From a virus (Duplodnaviria; Caudoviricetes), in the IMG/VR virus record IMGVR_UViG_3300033072_001201, positions 1 through 64,000 of that record: a stretch of DNA of 64,000 nucleotides. One strand, written 5' to 3'. Numbering within the stretch: the stretch's first letter is position 1; each line of letters begins with the position of its first letter. The position numbers and the translations under genes are program-made. The notes under the pieces are model-generated. The model was not told where the DNA came from. It saw nothing but the letters and a program-made list of their open reading frames with translations, and did not search any database. Below are positions 7,916 to 18,216 of this stretch, in pieces.

Positions 7916-8530
7916 ATGACTACTCAAAATACATCTTCCGAAGATCAAAAAACCATCGATTTAATCGAGAAAATTAAATCTCCAGATTTGATTGATGAAA
8001 TGTTGTTTGGTAAAAACACAAAATGGGATAAATTTTTGATCAAATACTATTATCCGGCCAAACGATTTTTTAGTAACAAAGTATATTGGCCGATTTACTA
8101 TTTGTTTCATCCCCAACATTCTGAATTGCGGAAAGTCATTCCTCGCTCTTATCAGGAGCTAGATGTTTTAATGGTTGAGTTTAATTTCGCCATTGTTAAA
8201 TCTTTGGTCGAAAAACAATATTGTGGCATTGACCAATTATACGCAGATTATTTGGCGGTTCCTCAAGTTGGCGGCGAATTCGATAAAGAACTTGTTGAAG
8301 GATGGAATAATTTTAGACAACAATTGTTTAATTGTTATAAATATATTACCGTCCAACGATTTAATTTACAAAAAGAATTAGAAGATTCGTATAAATTTGA
8401 TCTTCCCGCAAGCAAAGAGGTTTGGGAAAAGTTTTTTGCCGATTCTACTAGGGTTAAACAACGAATTGAAGAACTTGATTCTAAATGGCTACTTTGGATT
8501 ATTAGTAATAAGAATTATTTTTGGACATAA
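7916..8530 (+). CDS. hypothetical protein
   Basis: 204-aa packed ORF. Confidence 0.85.
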   Translation: MTTQNTSSEDQKTIDLIEKIKSPDLIDEMLFGKNTKWDKFLIKYYYPAKRFFSNKVYWPIYYLFHPQHSELRKVIPRSYQELDVLMVEFNFAIVKSLVEKQYCGIDQLYADYLAVPQVGGEFDKELVEGWNNFRQQLFNCYKYITVQRFNLQKELEDSYKFDLPASKEVWEKFFADSTRVKQRIEELDSKWLLWIISNKNYFWT

Positions 8531-8550
8531 AAATCAAATAACTAAATTTT

Positions 8551-9540
8551 ATGTTTTTATCAAGTAATGACGGTTCTCATAATGACCAAGCTAAAAATAT
8601 TATAAATCAATCAATTGATTCTATAATTCAAAAATATGAAGCGCAAATCACCGAGCTAAAAGCCCGCGCCGACGATTCAATTCCAATTATAAAAACAGAT
8701 ATTGAATCTTGTAGTAAAATTACTGGCAATCTATATGCAGATATTTCTTCCTATGAAACGGATGATAATAGTTATTATAGTAGAAAACGTTCTCCGGAAG
8801 AAGTATCAATTTATGTTTCTTTACTGTTAGATCAAAAAACTAAAGAAATAGAAGAGATTCATGCTAAAAATCTTCCTTCTATCGAAAATAATAAGGTAGT
8901 CCGAGAAAAATTAGAAAAATTATTAAAATCAATTGGGTTACCAGAGTCATATAGGACCAGAGATTATAAATCTAGAGCAAGATTTCCAAAATATATTTCA
9001 GTCGCAGCGGGATATAAATCGGATCTTGGAAATATCGTAATATCAGATGGTTACGAAACTGCTGTTAATGATATTAAACGAAAACGCGAACAATTAACAA
9101 CTTGGGTTGAAGCTAAAAAACTAGTTGTTAAAAAAGAAAAAGAGGAGAAAGAAAAGAAAGAATTAGAAGTTAAACGACTTAGACAATTTGGAGTTATTGC
9201 TGGCCGTTATGGTTTAACAGAAAATGACAGTGAATATGATTTGTTAGAAGTGATTTTATCAAAAGATAAATATCTTCGACTTGGACATTATCTCCTCAAA
9301 AATCGTGAGGATTGGAATGACGGATATAGTTATGCAGAATGTGGATTAAGTGGGTTTAATGTAGAATCAGAAGAAGATAAATTAATTGTTGCAGATATTC
9401 AAAATTGTATAGATAATTGGGATTTCGATGGAAGATGCTTTAGAGATATTCAGTATAATTACGATCATTGTTTTGGTTTGGTAGAAGAGGAACAATTATA
9501 CAAAGATTATCAATTGGTAAAATCTTGGACGGATAAATAA
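8551..9540 (+). CDS. hypothetical coiled-coil protein
   Basis: 329-aa ORF with a K/E-rich segment. Confidence 0.85.
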   Translation: MFLSSNDGSHNDQAKNIINQSIDSIIQKYEAQITELKARADDSIPIIKTDIESCSKITGNLYADISSYETDDNSYYSRKRSPEEVSIYVSLLLDQKTKEIEEIHAKNLPSIENNKVVREKLEKLLKSIGLPESYRTRDYKSRARFPKYISVAAGYKSDLGNIVISDGYETAVNDIKRKREQLTTWVEAKKLVVKKEKEEKEKKELEVKRLRQFGVIAGRYGLTENDSEYDLLEVILSKDKYLRLGHYLLKNREDWNDGYSYAECGLSGFNVESEEDKLIVADIQNCIDNWDFDGRCFRDIQYNYDHCFGLVEEEQLYKDYQLVKSWTDK

Positions 9541-9541
9541 T

Positions 9542-9790
9542 ATGCAAACCCCAGAAACAGATACTCAAACTCTAATAAAGGCCCTTCGCATTTTGGCGAA
9601 TGATATTCAATCTGATGATGGAGTTGCCAATGCCGCAATTGCAGAAGGGGCGGATAGAATTGAAAAATTAATTGAATTAGTTAGCATGTCTTTTGAAATC
9701 ATGGAACTTTATTCTATGGGTCATAAAGATAAAAATTGGACTAAAAAGTGGCTAGAAGACGCCGAAAAATATGGCGCAAAATCCCACTGA
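9542..9790 (+). CDS. hypothetical protein
   Basis: Packed ORF. Confidence 0.75.
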   Translation: MQTPETDTQTLIKALRILANDIQSDDGVANAAIAEGADRIEKLIELVSMSFEIMELYSMGHKDKNWTKKWLEDAEKYGAKSH

Positions 9791-9839
9791 TTTTCCTGAA
9801 AATTCTTGATTTCCGCCGGCACTCTGGTAGAGTTGAGCC

Positions 9840-10661
9840 ATGAAACCATTTGAGATTTTGGCAAAGTCGGCGATCATAATTCCGGATGTTCATTTGGATA
9901 TCAATTGGGTGAAAGCAATTTTATCTAAAGAACAGGGGAATTATGATCATATCATTTGGCTTTCAGACTTTTTCGACTCATTCAAATCTTATCCAGAAGT
10001 AGAAACTTCAAAAAACACCGCGAAATTCGTAGTTGATATTATAGATGGAAAATTTGGACCGAGTAGTTTACTCCTCGCGAACCATGACTGTTGTTATTAT
10101 GAAGCCCATAAATATTCCTCTATCTTTCAATCCCCAAAACACTTATATAATATGTGTTCGGGATTTACAAAATCAAAATCAGTAGAAATATCCAAGGTTT
10201 TAAAACTATCTCATTGGCAACAATTTCATCTATTTTATACTTGCAACGGATTTTTTATTTCTCACGCCGGATTAGCCCAAAAGTTTTGGAATTATTATAT
10301 TTCAAAGGAAGAAAATTACGACCGCCTTCATAATCATTGTGAAGAAGTATTAAAACTTATTAATGCTGGTAGTCACGAAATTTTAGAACCCGGTTTTGCG
10401 CGTGGCGGGCGGCAAACCGTTGGAGGATTGACATGGTTGGACGAATCAGAATTCGTTGATTTTGAAGAGGTTGGGCCGCAAATCACAGGCCATAATTGTC
10501 ATTATAATCATATTAGAAAAATCGGAAAAAGCTATATTTTAGATGGCGATCAAACAACATATGCAATTTTACATGACGACGGCAAACTTGATCTAAAATC
10601 CACGCGAAATTGGTTTCATTATTCGGTTGATGGGAAAACTACGGAGGTTGTTAATATATGA
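9840..10661 (+). CDS. calcineurin-like metallophosphoesterase
   Basis: DVH, SDFFD, LLANHD, ISHAG, TGH motifs. Confidence 0.85.
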   Translation: MKPFEILAKSAIIIPDVHLDINWVKAILSKEQGNYDHIIWLSDFFDSFKSYPEVETSKNTAKFVVDIIDGKFGPSSLLLANHDCCYYEAHKYSSIFQSPKHLYNMCSGFTKSKSVEISKVLKLSHWQQFHLFYTCNGFFISHAGLAQKFWNYYISKEENYDRLHNHCEEVLKLINAGSHEILEPGFARGGRQTVGGLTWLDESEFVDFEEVGPQITGHNCHYNHIRKIGKSYILDGDQTTYAILHDDGKLDLKSTRNWFHYSVDGKTTEVVNI

Positions 10662-10933
10662 AAATTGATTATTATATTTCTTCTCTAAATCGTATTTATA
10701 AAAAATCTATCGATACTAATTCGGAATATTATATTTCTCATAACGATGATTCCGTAACAATAAAAGAAGAAGATTACCGTTTTATTACATCTAAATCCCC
10801 GTGGATATCAACCTACTCTAGAAAATTTGAAACGGCAAAAGAATTAACAATCGCGAGATTAGAGTTAAAACTTAATGATATTAAAGTTGATTTAACCGAT
10901 TTGAAAAATTCTACGAAGGCATTTAATGAATAA
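10658..10933 (+). CDS. hypothetical protein
   Basis: Overlapping packed ORF. Confidence 0.7.
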   Translation: MKIDYYISSLNRIYKKSIDTNSEYYISHNDDSVTIKEEDYRFITSKSPWISTYSRKFETAKELTIARLELKLNDIKVDLTDLKNSTKAFNE

Positions 10934-11336
10934 AGAACCTATTATTTTTCTCGATTTGGATTCTGTCCTTACAACTCCCCCGAATTATCGCGATTTCAAC
11001 CCCAATTGCGTCAATAATCTAAAATTTATCATTAAAGAAACTGGCGCAAAAATCGTAGTTCATTCTACTTGGCGATTTTGGCCAGAAAACCAAGATCGAT
11101 TTTTATATCTTTGGGGAAAATACGGGTTTAATTTCGAAGATTTTTGGCAATTTTTACCAACTTATCATAATGATAAAAAACTAGATATAGAATATTATAT
11201 TCAGAGCAAAGGTGTAGAAAATTTTGTTATAATCGACGACGAAGATTATAATTTTCCTCCAGATAAGTTTGTTCAACCAAAAAACGGACTATCTTTCGAC
11301 GATGCAAAATTGGCAATTGAGATTCTAAATCGTTAA
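10926..11336 (+). CDS. HAD phosphatase of the RNA-repair (Swiss-Army-knife) type
   Basis: IFLDLDSVL, VVHSTWR, FVIIDD motifs. Confidence 0.85.
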   Translation: MNKEPIIFLDLDSVLTTPPNYRDFNPNCVNNLKFIIKETGAKIVVHSTWRFWPENQDRFLYLWGKYGFNFEDFWQFLPTYHNDKKLDIEYYIQSKGVENFVIIDDEDYNFPPDKFVQPKNGLSFDDAKLAIEILNR

Positions 11337-11344
11337 TTATCAAT

Positions 11345-12013
11345 ATGTTATTTCATCTGACATCAATATCCAGTAATCAAAAAACTGGTCCAATTCCCGT
11401 ATCTACATCTTGCAAATCTACTTGCCCCAAAAGTTGCGCTCTCAAAAATCAATGTTATGCAAAATTTGGACCACTAAATTGCCATTGGTCTAAAATTTCA
11501 AACGGCGAAAGAGGGATTGATTATAAAACATTTTTAAGGCAGATTAAAAATTTGCCTAACAATCAACTTTGGCGTCATAATCAAGCGGGTGATTTAATTG
11601 GAGAGCCTACCAATAATGAAAAAATTTGTGAAAAATCCCTCAATTTGCTAATAAAAGCTAATAAAGGGAAACGAGGATTTGGATACTCGCATAAGTGGAA
11701 AAATTTTAAAAACATTCGACTTATTCAAAAAGCCAACGCCAACGGCTTAACAATTAATTTTTCCGCAAATTCCTTGACGGAAGCCGATTTTCTGGTAGAG
11801 TATGGTCCTACAGTAGTAGTTTTGACTGAAAATAAAAACACAATAACACCTAAAGGTCATAAAGTAATAGTTTGTCCAGCGGTTAATAAAAACACTAATT
11901 GTTCAATTTGCAAAATTTGTAGTAAAGCGGATAGAAAATTTATTGTTGGATTTCCCGCTCACGGCATTATTAAAAATAAACTAATCAAAAGCCTTGAAAA
12001 CCAATCGTTTTAA
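11345..12013 (+). CDS. Gp88-like Cys-rich (probably Fe-S) phage protein
   Basis: SNQKTG..TCP..C..CYA and LWRHNQAGD. Confidence 0.7.
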   Translation: MLFHLTSISSNQKTGPIPVSTSCKSTCPKSCALKNQCYAKFGPLNCHWSKISNGERGIDYKTFLRQIKNLPNNQLWRHNQAGDLIGEPTNNEKICEKSLNLLIKANKGKRGFGYSHKWKNFKNIRLIQKANANGLTINFSANSLTEADFLVEYGPTVVVLTENKNTITPKGHKVIVCPAVNKNTNCSICKICSKADRKFIVGFPAHGIIKNKLIKSLENQSF

Positions 12014-12185
12014 TTTTAAAGAAAATTTCGTTATAGATTATACTGATTCCGGTTGTGGTGGAATGGATTGCGGCCATTATGATTATGAAATATTTGATAA
12101 AGAAAACTATGTTTGCACAGTACCCAATCTGGAAGAAGCTAATAATCTTTGTATTTTGCTAAATAAATTATCTAAAAATAAATGA
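11994..12185 (+). CDS. hypothetical protein
   Basis: Packed ORF with TTG start. Confidence 0.65.
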   Translation: MKTNRFNFKENFVIDYTDSGCGGMDCGHYDYEIFDKENYVCTVPNLEEANNLCILLNKLSKNK

Positions 12186-12400
12186 GCGCCAAACTTACAT
12201 TAGGTCAACTCAGAGAGTTGACAAAAAATCTTTCCGACGAAATTCCAATTTATTATCATGCTTATGATAAAGGTTGTTGTTTAAATTCTTATGTCGAATC
12301 TGACATTTGGTTTTTCCCAAAAGACCAACCAACAAAGGCAATTGTAATTAACCCCGGCGAAGATTATGATAGTCGAAAACCACAAAATACAAAATTATGA
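12182..12400 (+). CDS. hypothetical protein
   Basis: ATGA-coupled ORF. Confidence 0.75.
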   Translation: MSAKLTLGQLRELTKNLSDEIPIYYHAYDKGCCLNSYVESDIWFFPKDQPTKAIVINPGEDYDSRKPQNTKL

Positions 12401-12759
12401 AAAATCGCACTAAATTCCTCCTAAAATGCCTAGAAATTTGTTCTAAACCAGAAAGCCAAGAATTTGATACTTGGGAAAATATTAGTTATTTTTGTAACGC
12501 AGCGGCAGCTATTGGATATAATGACAATAAAAACTGCGAAAAACAGGAATATTTAGATGCAGTTGATCTATTTAATAATCTTTATAAATCAGATGCTCTA
12601 AAATATATCTTCGAAGAACTTTGTGATTATAATCAAGTAGCACAACAAGACTATTTATCAATCGGTGGGTATTTTGGAAAACACTCAATCGCCGCAAATC
12701 AAAATCATCGTCTAATGGCAATTGCTTTTGCCGCAACAGTTTCAGAAACAGAAGAATAA
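12397..12759 (+). CDS. hypothetical protein
   Basis: ATGA-coupled ORF. Confidence 0.8.
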   Translation: MKNRTKFLLKCLEICSKPESQEFDTWENISYFCNAAAAIGYNDNKNCEKQEYLDAVDLFNNLYKSDALKYIFEELCDYNQVAQQDYLSIGGYFGKHSIAANQNHRLMAIAFAATVSETEE

Positions 12760-12794
12760 AAAATAATAATAAAACAATAATAGCATTTTTTACT

Positions 12795-12827
12795 ATGAGT
12801 GAAAATCTTGCCACAATTCAAGTTATT
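12795..12827 (+). pseudogene. orphan 5' end of an RNA ligase gene
   Basis: MSENLATIQVI resembles the ligase start MNFQDLAIISII and ends exactly at the HEG stop. Confidence 0.55.
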
Positions 12828-13842
12828 AATTCGGATTTAAATATTTTTCCATAATTGGTTTAAATGGGATATTCCGATTATCTCTTTTTAAATTTTGTAA
12901 TTCGAATATTTCTATAAATTTTTTTCTTTTACGATCTAGATAAATTGTGGCGTCTTTATACAAAAAATCATAAAAAATTTTCAAAGTAGATTCTGTGGTT
13001 ATTAAAGCTTCTGAAATATTACCACGTTTAACAATTTTAAAATTTAAATTTAAAATTTCTTTCATAATTTTTTTAAACTTTTCATTAAAAGAATAAGATG
13101 AATAAAGAGATGCTTTTTTATTTAAAAAATTACGTTTTTCGCTAAAAAAATAACAAACGGTTCCATCTCCGTCAAAATAACCACGGATAAAATGACGAAT
13201 TAAGTGATTGGGAACACAATCCGGAAATTTCAAGGTTAAAGATTTTCGTTGAGTACATTTTTTATTAATTAAATTATTAATTAAATTTTTACTAAAAACC
13301 TTTATCTCTACGTGTCTTTCTGTATATGTTGGTTGTTTATTTATTTCTATTCTTTTTATAAATTCTTTTATAACATAATCATCTTTTTTATGTAAATGAA
13401 TTCGCAGTAGATGCTCATTTTTTTTACCTATATAAACACATCCATCAGCCATTATAAATCCCAAAAAGTAAGCTTTATCTTCTGAGTTTATTTCGTTAAA
13501 ATAGTTCTCATTAAAAATAAAGTGTTTTGTATGCTCAGTCTTCTTCTTATAAATATTATTTTTTTTAAGTAAATTTATAAGACCGAATATTGTATAATTA
13601 AATTTTTTACACAAAAAATCCAAAGTACATTTGTTATTTAAATAATCTGTATATGAAAGCTTTATTTCTTCCATTCTAATATTATTTTTAGGTTTAAACG
13701 GAATTTCAACATTAAACAATTTTATATATTTTCTTAATGTCTTGATATTAATACCAAGTCGCCGAGAAGCCTCTTCACGAGAAAGAAGTTCGTTACAAAG
13801 TAGTTGTTCTAGCGTAGATTTATCTATTTTTATTTTATTCAT
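12826..13842 (-). CDS. LAGLIDADG homing endonuclease with N-terminal HTH
   Basis: YFLGFIMADGCV and HFIRGYFDGDG. Confidence 0.9.
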   Translation of the reverse strand: MNKIKIDKSTLEQLLCNELLSREEASRRLGINIKTLRKYIKLFNVEIPFKPKNNIRMEEIKLSYTDYLNNKCTLDFLCKKFNYTIFGLINLLKKNNIYKKKTEHTKHFIFNENYFNEINSEDKAYFLGFIMADGCVYIGKKNEHLLRIHLHKKDDYVIKEFIKRIEINKQPTYTERHVEIKVFSKNLINNLINKKCTQRKSLTLKFPDCVPNHLIRHFIRGYFDGDGTVCYFFSEKRNFLNKKASLYSSYSFNEKFKKIMKEILNLNFKIVKRGNISEALITTESTLKIFYDFLYKDATIYLDRKRKKFIEIFELQNLKRDNRNIPFKPIMEKYLNPN

Positions 13843-13876
13843 ACCATTTTAATACACTAAAACTAACCATATTTAT

Positions 13877-14878
13877 ATGAATTTTCAAGATTTAGCAATA
13901 ATTTCTATTATTTCTGATAAAAAGAAGCACCCGAATGCTGATTTATTAGAAGTTGTGCGCGTATCTGGATACGATTGTGTCGTAAAAATTAATGATTTCG
14001 TTATTGGAGAAAAAGTTGTTTTTATTTTTCCGGATAGTATACTTCCCGATGCTGATTGGGCAGATTTTTATAAAAAGAAATCTCATAGAGTAAAAAGTAT
14101 TAAAATTAGGGGCGTATGGTCGCAAGGAATTTGTGAAAAAATTGATAGATTAAATATTACCGGAGAAGTCGGCGATGACGTTACCACCGAATTAAATATA
14201 CAAAAATATGAATTTCCTACTCCTCAAGATTTGTCAGCGAAGGGAAATATTCCTTTTATGATCCCAAAAACGGATGAAATAAATTTTCAAAGAATTGATA
14301 ATTTACCATTTGGCGAATTAGTCGATGTGACACTTAAAGTTGACGGCCAAAGCGGAACTTATTATCATTCAAAGAGTTATAAAGATCCTGTTCTGGGTTT
14401 TATTCCTTGTAAATTTGGCGCAACATCCCGCTCATTAGATATTAAATTAGATTGCGATAATAATTATACGAAGGCAGAACGTCGATATAATATTCTAGAG
14501 AAATTGAATAAATATTGCAAAAATTATGATGTTTCACTAGCGGTTCGCGGTGAAGTTTTCGGCTCAAATATTCAGGCGTTTAATATTAATCCACACAAAG
14601 GACTCCCCCTCGATTGGGCAATGTTTTCAGTTTGGCTCATTGACGAAAAACGCTATGCCCGAAAAGGTGAACAATATTATTTTTTGAATATCGCGGAAGA
14701 AATTGGATTACCGACTGTTCCAGTATTAGAAAAAGATGTTGTTTTAACTCCAGAACTAATTAAAAAATATTGTGAGGATATGACAGAATTAAATGGGAAA
14801 CCATTTGAAGGTGTTGTTATTCAACATTCTGGCGGGAGTTTTAAGGTTATTAATAAATATTATGATTCAAAGAAATAA
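13877..14878 (+). CDS. RNA ligase, DRB0094/Rnl5 family
   Basis: N-terminal OB-like HPNADLLEV; motif I TLKVDG; RGEVFG; FEGVV; SFKVIN. Confidence 0.9.
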   Translation: MNFQDLAIISIISDKKKHPNADLLEVVRVSGYDCVVKINDFVIGEKVVFIFPDSILPDADWADFYKKKSHRVKSIKIRGVWSQGICEKIDRLNITGEVGDDVTTELNIQKYEFPTPQDLSAKGNIPFMIPKTDEINFQRIDNLPFGELVDVTLKVDGQSGTYYHSKSYKDPVLGFIPCKFGATSRSLDIKLDCDNNYTKAERRYNILEKLNKYCKNYDVSLAVRGEVFGSNIQAFNINPHKGLPLDWAMFSVWLIDEKRYARKGEQYYFLNIAEEIGLPTVPVLEKDVVLTPELIKKYCEDMTELNGKPFEGVVIQHSGGSFKVINKYYDSKK

Positions 14879-15860
14879 TTTCTAAATATTTATTATATTT
14901 TCGATCTAAGTAAATAGCACAATCTTTATATAAATAATTTATAATTTTAAAAACGCTTTCTCTTTTTGAGATATTAACAAAATGAATCGCTGATGGGTTT
15001 TGTATTTTATATTTAATATTAATTAAATTGTTTTTAAGTAAGATCTCCATTAAAGATTCTAAAAATTCTTTATTACTACTCCAAGATATTCCTATATTAT
15101 TATTTTTACATATATATAAACTTCCGTCACCATCAGTATACCCACGAATAAAATGCCGAATTAAATGATCAGGAATTTGACTTTCATTTGGGAATGTTAA
15201 AGATAAAGATTTGTTTTCAAAACATTTTAATCGTTTTAAATCGTTAATTATTTTTTCGCTAAATATTTTTATGTCTACAGATTGTCTTTTTTTATTTTCT
15301 TTAATTGGTGATTCTGATTCTATAAATTTTTTAAATTTATATAAATGGCTAATATCAATATTTGAAATATCGATTCTTAGTAAATAATTATTGTTTTTTG
15401 TACAAATACAGCCATCTGCCATAATGAATCCCAACCAATATGCCTTTTCTTCGGTATTTATTTTTTCAAAAATATTTTCATTTAACTTGTATTTTCTTCT
15501 TCCTCTTTTTGGTTTATTCGGGAGGAATATATTATGTTTTTTTATAATTTTAGATAATGTTGTTAAACAAATATTAAATTTATCGGCAATAAAAGAGTTT
15601 GTCTTTCCGGCGGTTAGGAGTTCAATTAATTCTTCTAAATTATATTTAATTTTTATTCGCCCCTTTAAGGGGGAAATTCCATAATGCCGCTTTTTATAAA
15701 AAATTTTAGGTTTTTTTAATTTGAGAATTTTATTTCCAGCGTATCTAATTTGTTCTGAAGAACAATTGTATTTTGAACAAAGTTCTTCGTCTGTTAATCT
15801 TATATAATCATAATTTAATTCTTGTAATTTTTCTTTATTCCATTTAATCATAAACATCAT
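14850..15860 (-). CDS. LAGLIDADG homing endonuclease, paralogue of 12826-13842
   Basis: YWLGFIMADGCI and HFIRGYTDGDG. Confidence 0.9.
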   Translation of the reverse strand: MMFMIKWNKEKLQELNYDYIRLTDEELCSKYNCSSEQIRYAGNKILKLKKPKIFYKKRHYGISPLKGRIKIKYNLEELIELLTAGKTNSFIADKFNICLTTLSKIIKKHNIFLPNKPKRGRRKYKLNENIFEKINTEEKAYWLGFIMADGCICTKNNNYLLRIDISNIDISHLYKFKKFIESESPIKENKKRQSVDIKIFSEKIINDLKRLKCFENKSLSLTFPNESQIPDHLIRHFIRGYTDGDGSLYICKNNNIGISWSSNKEFLESLMEILLKNNLINIKYKIQNPSAIHFVNISKRESVFKIINYLYKDCAIYLDRKYNKYLEIISLNHNIY

Positions 15861-15896
15861 CGGTTATTAAGATAATACACTTAGGAAATTTAATTT

Positions 15897-16577
15897 ATGA
15901 AAATTTTCAAAAAATTTAATTCTAAGACTGATAAAATTTTTGTGGGAGGCTGTACCCATTATTTCCACCAACGCGAATTTATTTTTCGTCCACGAGGTTT
16001 TAATTCTTGGCAAGAACATACAGATTTTTTGCTCAAAGAACTATATAAACTTCCCGCTGATTCTACATTTATTTTTCTTGGCGATTTTGCATTAAATACT
16101 AATAAAGAGCAAATTCAATCAGTATTAAATACTGTTAAATGCCAAATTATTTACATCCTCGGGAATCACGAAGGGGCAATTAATCAAATTGTTCAAGGAC
16201 AAAAAGAATTACAATACGGAATCACTGATAAATTTACTGACGTTTGGCCAATTAAATATAATACAACTACTTTCCTTGGATATTGCGGGGCAATAGCTGT
16301 TGATAATCAATACGTTTATTTACAACACATGGCGCAATATATCTGGCCTTATCAATCGGACGGTAGTTGGTGTTGCGTAAGTCATTCTCATTCAAATAGT
16401 AAAGAATTAAATCCATTCGAACAAAATTTCGGTAAGATTCTTGATTGCGGTACGGATAATGCCTTAAAGTATTCAAATAATCAAAGTCCCTTTTTTACTT
16501 GGGAAGGTATTAAACAAATTATGGGGCGAAAATCTGTTAGGATTTACGATCACCACGGCGAAAAACAAAATTCTTGA
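15897..16577 (+). CDS. calcineurin-like phosphoesterase
   Basis: CTHYFH, LGDF, ILGNHE, SHSH motifs. Confidence 0.85.
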   Translation: MKIFKKFNSKTDKIFVGGCTHYFHQREFIFRPRGFNSWQEHTDFLLKELYKLPADSTFIFLGDFALNTNKEQIQSVLNTVKCQIIYILGNHEGAINQIVQGQKELQYGITDKFTDVWPIKYNTTTFLGYCGAIAVDNQYVYLQHMAQYIWPYQSDGSWCCVSHSHSNSKELNPFEQNFGKILDCGTDNALKYSNNQSPFFTWEGIKQIMGRKSVRIYDHHGEKQNS

Positions 16578-16607
16578 ATTCTGGCGAAAATCTATTACCT
16601 TCAAATT

Positions 16608-16991
16608 ATGAAATTTAAAACCGAAAAAATTATTTCAGTCCAAGATTGGGACGAATTGGTGCAGAAAACATATGGACGAATTTATTCTTTTCAACAGCAA
16701 GACGGATGTAAAGATCGGGGAATTTTTCGGTTTAGTGTCCCAAATTCTGAAACTTTCGATTTCGAAAATAATTCAATCGTCGAACAGGTTAATGGCCCAG
16801 AAATGGGAGTTTCTTTTAAAGCGTGGTTGGAACGTGATCCAAAACGAAAAATTCCAAACCAACAATATGATTGGGAATTAGATTTATTTTGGCAACGTAA
16901 TTTTTATCCAGAATTTCAAATGATAGCGAATGACCTTTGCGCAAAAGGATTTATTGAACCCGGAAATTATATTATCGAAATAGATTGGTAA
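16608..16991 (+). CDS. conserved hypothetical phage protein
   Basis: Leaderless-type promoter upstream (16574-16601). Confidence 0.8.
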   Translation: MKFKTEKIISVQDWDELVQKTYGRIYSFQQQDGCKDRGIFRFSVPNSETFDFENNSIVEQVNGPEMGVSFKAWLERDPKRKIPNQQYDWELDLFWQRNFYPEFQMIANDLCAKGFIEPGNYIIEIDW

Positions 16992-16998
16992 TTTTGAG

Positions 16999-17325
16999 AT
17001 GAACAATCAAATTTGCGCTAAATTCATCGGCGGAAAAGCTAATGGCCGGAAAATGATAATTGAAGATTGTAGTTATTTTAATTTGATGTTTTGCAATATT
17101 GATTGGGAAACTTGTTCGCCAAGTTTAACCCCGCCATCTATTTCAACGACAGCCTATAAAAATATTAGATATATAAATTCCCGTATCAAAGATTTTAATA
17201 ACAATTATTTGTTTTATCCAGAAAATCGGAATATTAATGATTTCAAAACGATTAAAGATGCATATTTTGGTGTTAAAAAACGAAGTCTTGACTTTTTAAC
17301 GGTAAACTCTTACTTTCGGTCATGA
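16999..17325 (+). CDS. hypothetical protein
   Basis: Packed ORF. Confidence 0.7.
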   Translation: MNNQICAKFIGGKANGRKMIIEDCSYFNLMFCNIDWETCSPSLTPPSISTTAYKNIRYINSRIKDFNNNYLFYPENRNINDFKTIKDAYFGVKKRSLDFLTVNSYFRS

Positions 17326-17516
17326 AAATTATTTTTCAAAAAGATCCTGAATTTCCTACGTTTTTTATTAATATTGATTTGTCTTCCCTTCCCAGAAATC
17401 AATTCAACGATTGGGTGGCGAAAAATTATAATAGATTAGACGATATTAGAGAACTTTGGGATTGCTATATAAATGTAATGTATAGTCAACAAAATATTTA
17501 TTTTTCGAAATTATGA
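17322..17516 (+). CDS. hypothetical protein, paralogue of the next gene
   Basis: Shared F.DW....RL and YS...I.FSKL. Confidence 0.75.
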   Translation: MKIIFQKDPEFPTFFINIDLSSLPRNQFNDWVAKNYNRLDDIRELWDCYINVMYSQQNIYFSKL

Positions 17517-17749
17517 ATATTAAAATCACATTTGAAAAATCATCCCCGCTTTTTGACTTTGGCCCGCTTTTTGACTTTGGCCAACCTCTCGATTTTGATA
17601 TTTATTTAAAATTTATCGAAACAACTTACGAAGAATTTTATGATTGGTTAGATAAAACAGAGAAAAGAAGGTTAGAATTGGCGGAAAAATATAATTATTT
17701 TATTGATATTAGTTATTCCGAAAAAGCAATCAAATTTTCAAAATTATAA
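17513..17749 (+). CDS. hypothetical protein with an internal 18-nt duplication
   Basis: PLFDFG repeated twice. Confidence 0.75.
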   Translation: MNIKITFEKSSPLFDFGPLFDFGQPLDFDIYLKFIETTYEEFYDWLDKTEKRRLELAEKYNYFIDISYSEKAIKFSKL

Positions 17750-17755
17750 AATAAT

Positions 17756-18007
17756 ATGTCAGAAATTTTAAATCCAATTGGATTGATTCTCTATACTAAA
17801 GATGGCCGCAATATCGGAAATGCCATTATTATATATTATAAAGATAATATTTATACTTTAAAAACAGATTTTGGCAATATTGTTCATTTTTCTTACCAAG
17901 AAATTATTGATTGGTTTTATTTGTCAAAAGATGGATTTGAGCATCGAGTTCGACCAGAAACTTGGAGAATGGATAAAAAGATAATTGAGGACGAAAATAA
18001 ATTATGA
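17756..18007 (+). CDS. hypothetical protein
   Basis: TKDGRNIGNAII motif. Confidence 0.75.
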   Translation: MSEILNPIGLILYTKDGRNIGNAIIIYYKDNIYTLKTDFGNIVHFSYQEIIDWFYLSKDGFEHRVRPETWRMDKKIIEDENKL

Positions 18008-18192
18008 AAAAACTAACAACAAAACAGCTTAAGAAAATAGACCAAACAATTAAACGACTAACTAAACTATTTGGTGAAGTTGATAATTTCGCGGAGAAAA
18101 ATTCTCTCCCGAAAATTTCTACTAAAGTAGAACGAAAAACGAAGTTTTTACTTGCGCGAAAAAAGAAATTTGATAAGATTAAGAAACAATAA
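18004..18192 (+). CDS. basic hypothetical protein
   Basis: Coupled ORF. Confidence 0.65.
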   Translation: MKKLTTKQLKKIDQTIKRLTKLFGEVDNFAEKNSLPKISTKVERKTKFLLARKKKFDKIKKQ

Positions 18193-18216
18193 AAAACAAT
18201 AAACTTACTATAAAAT

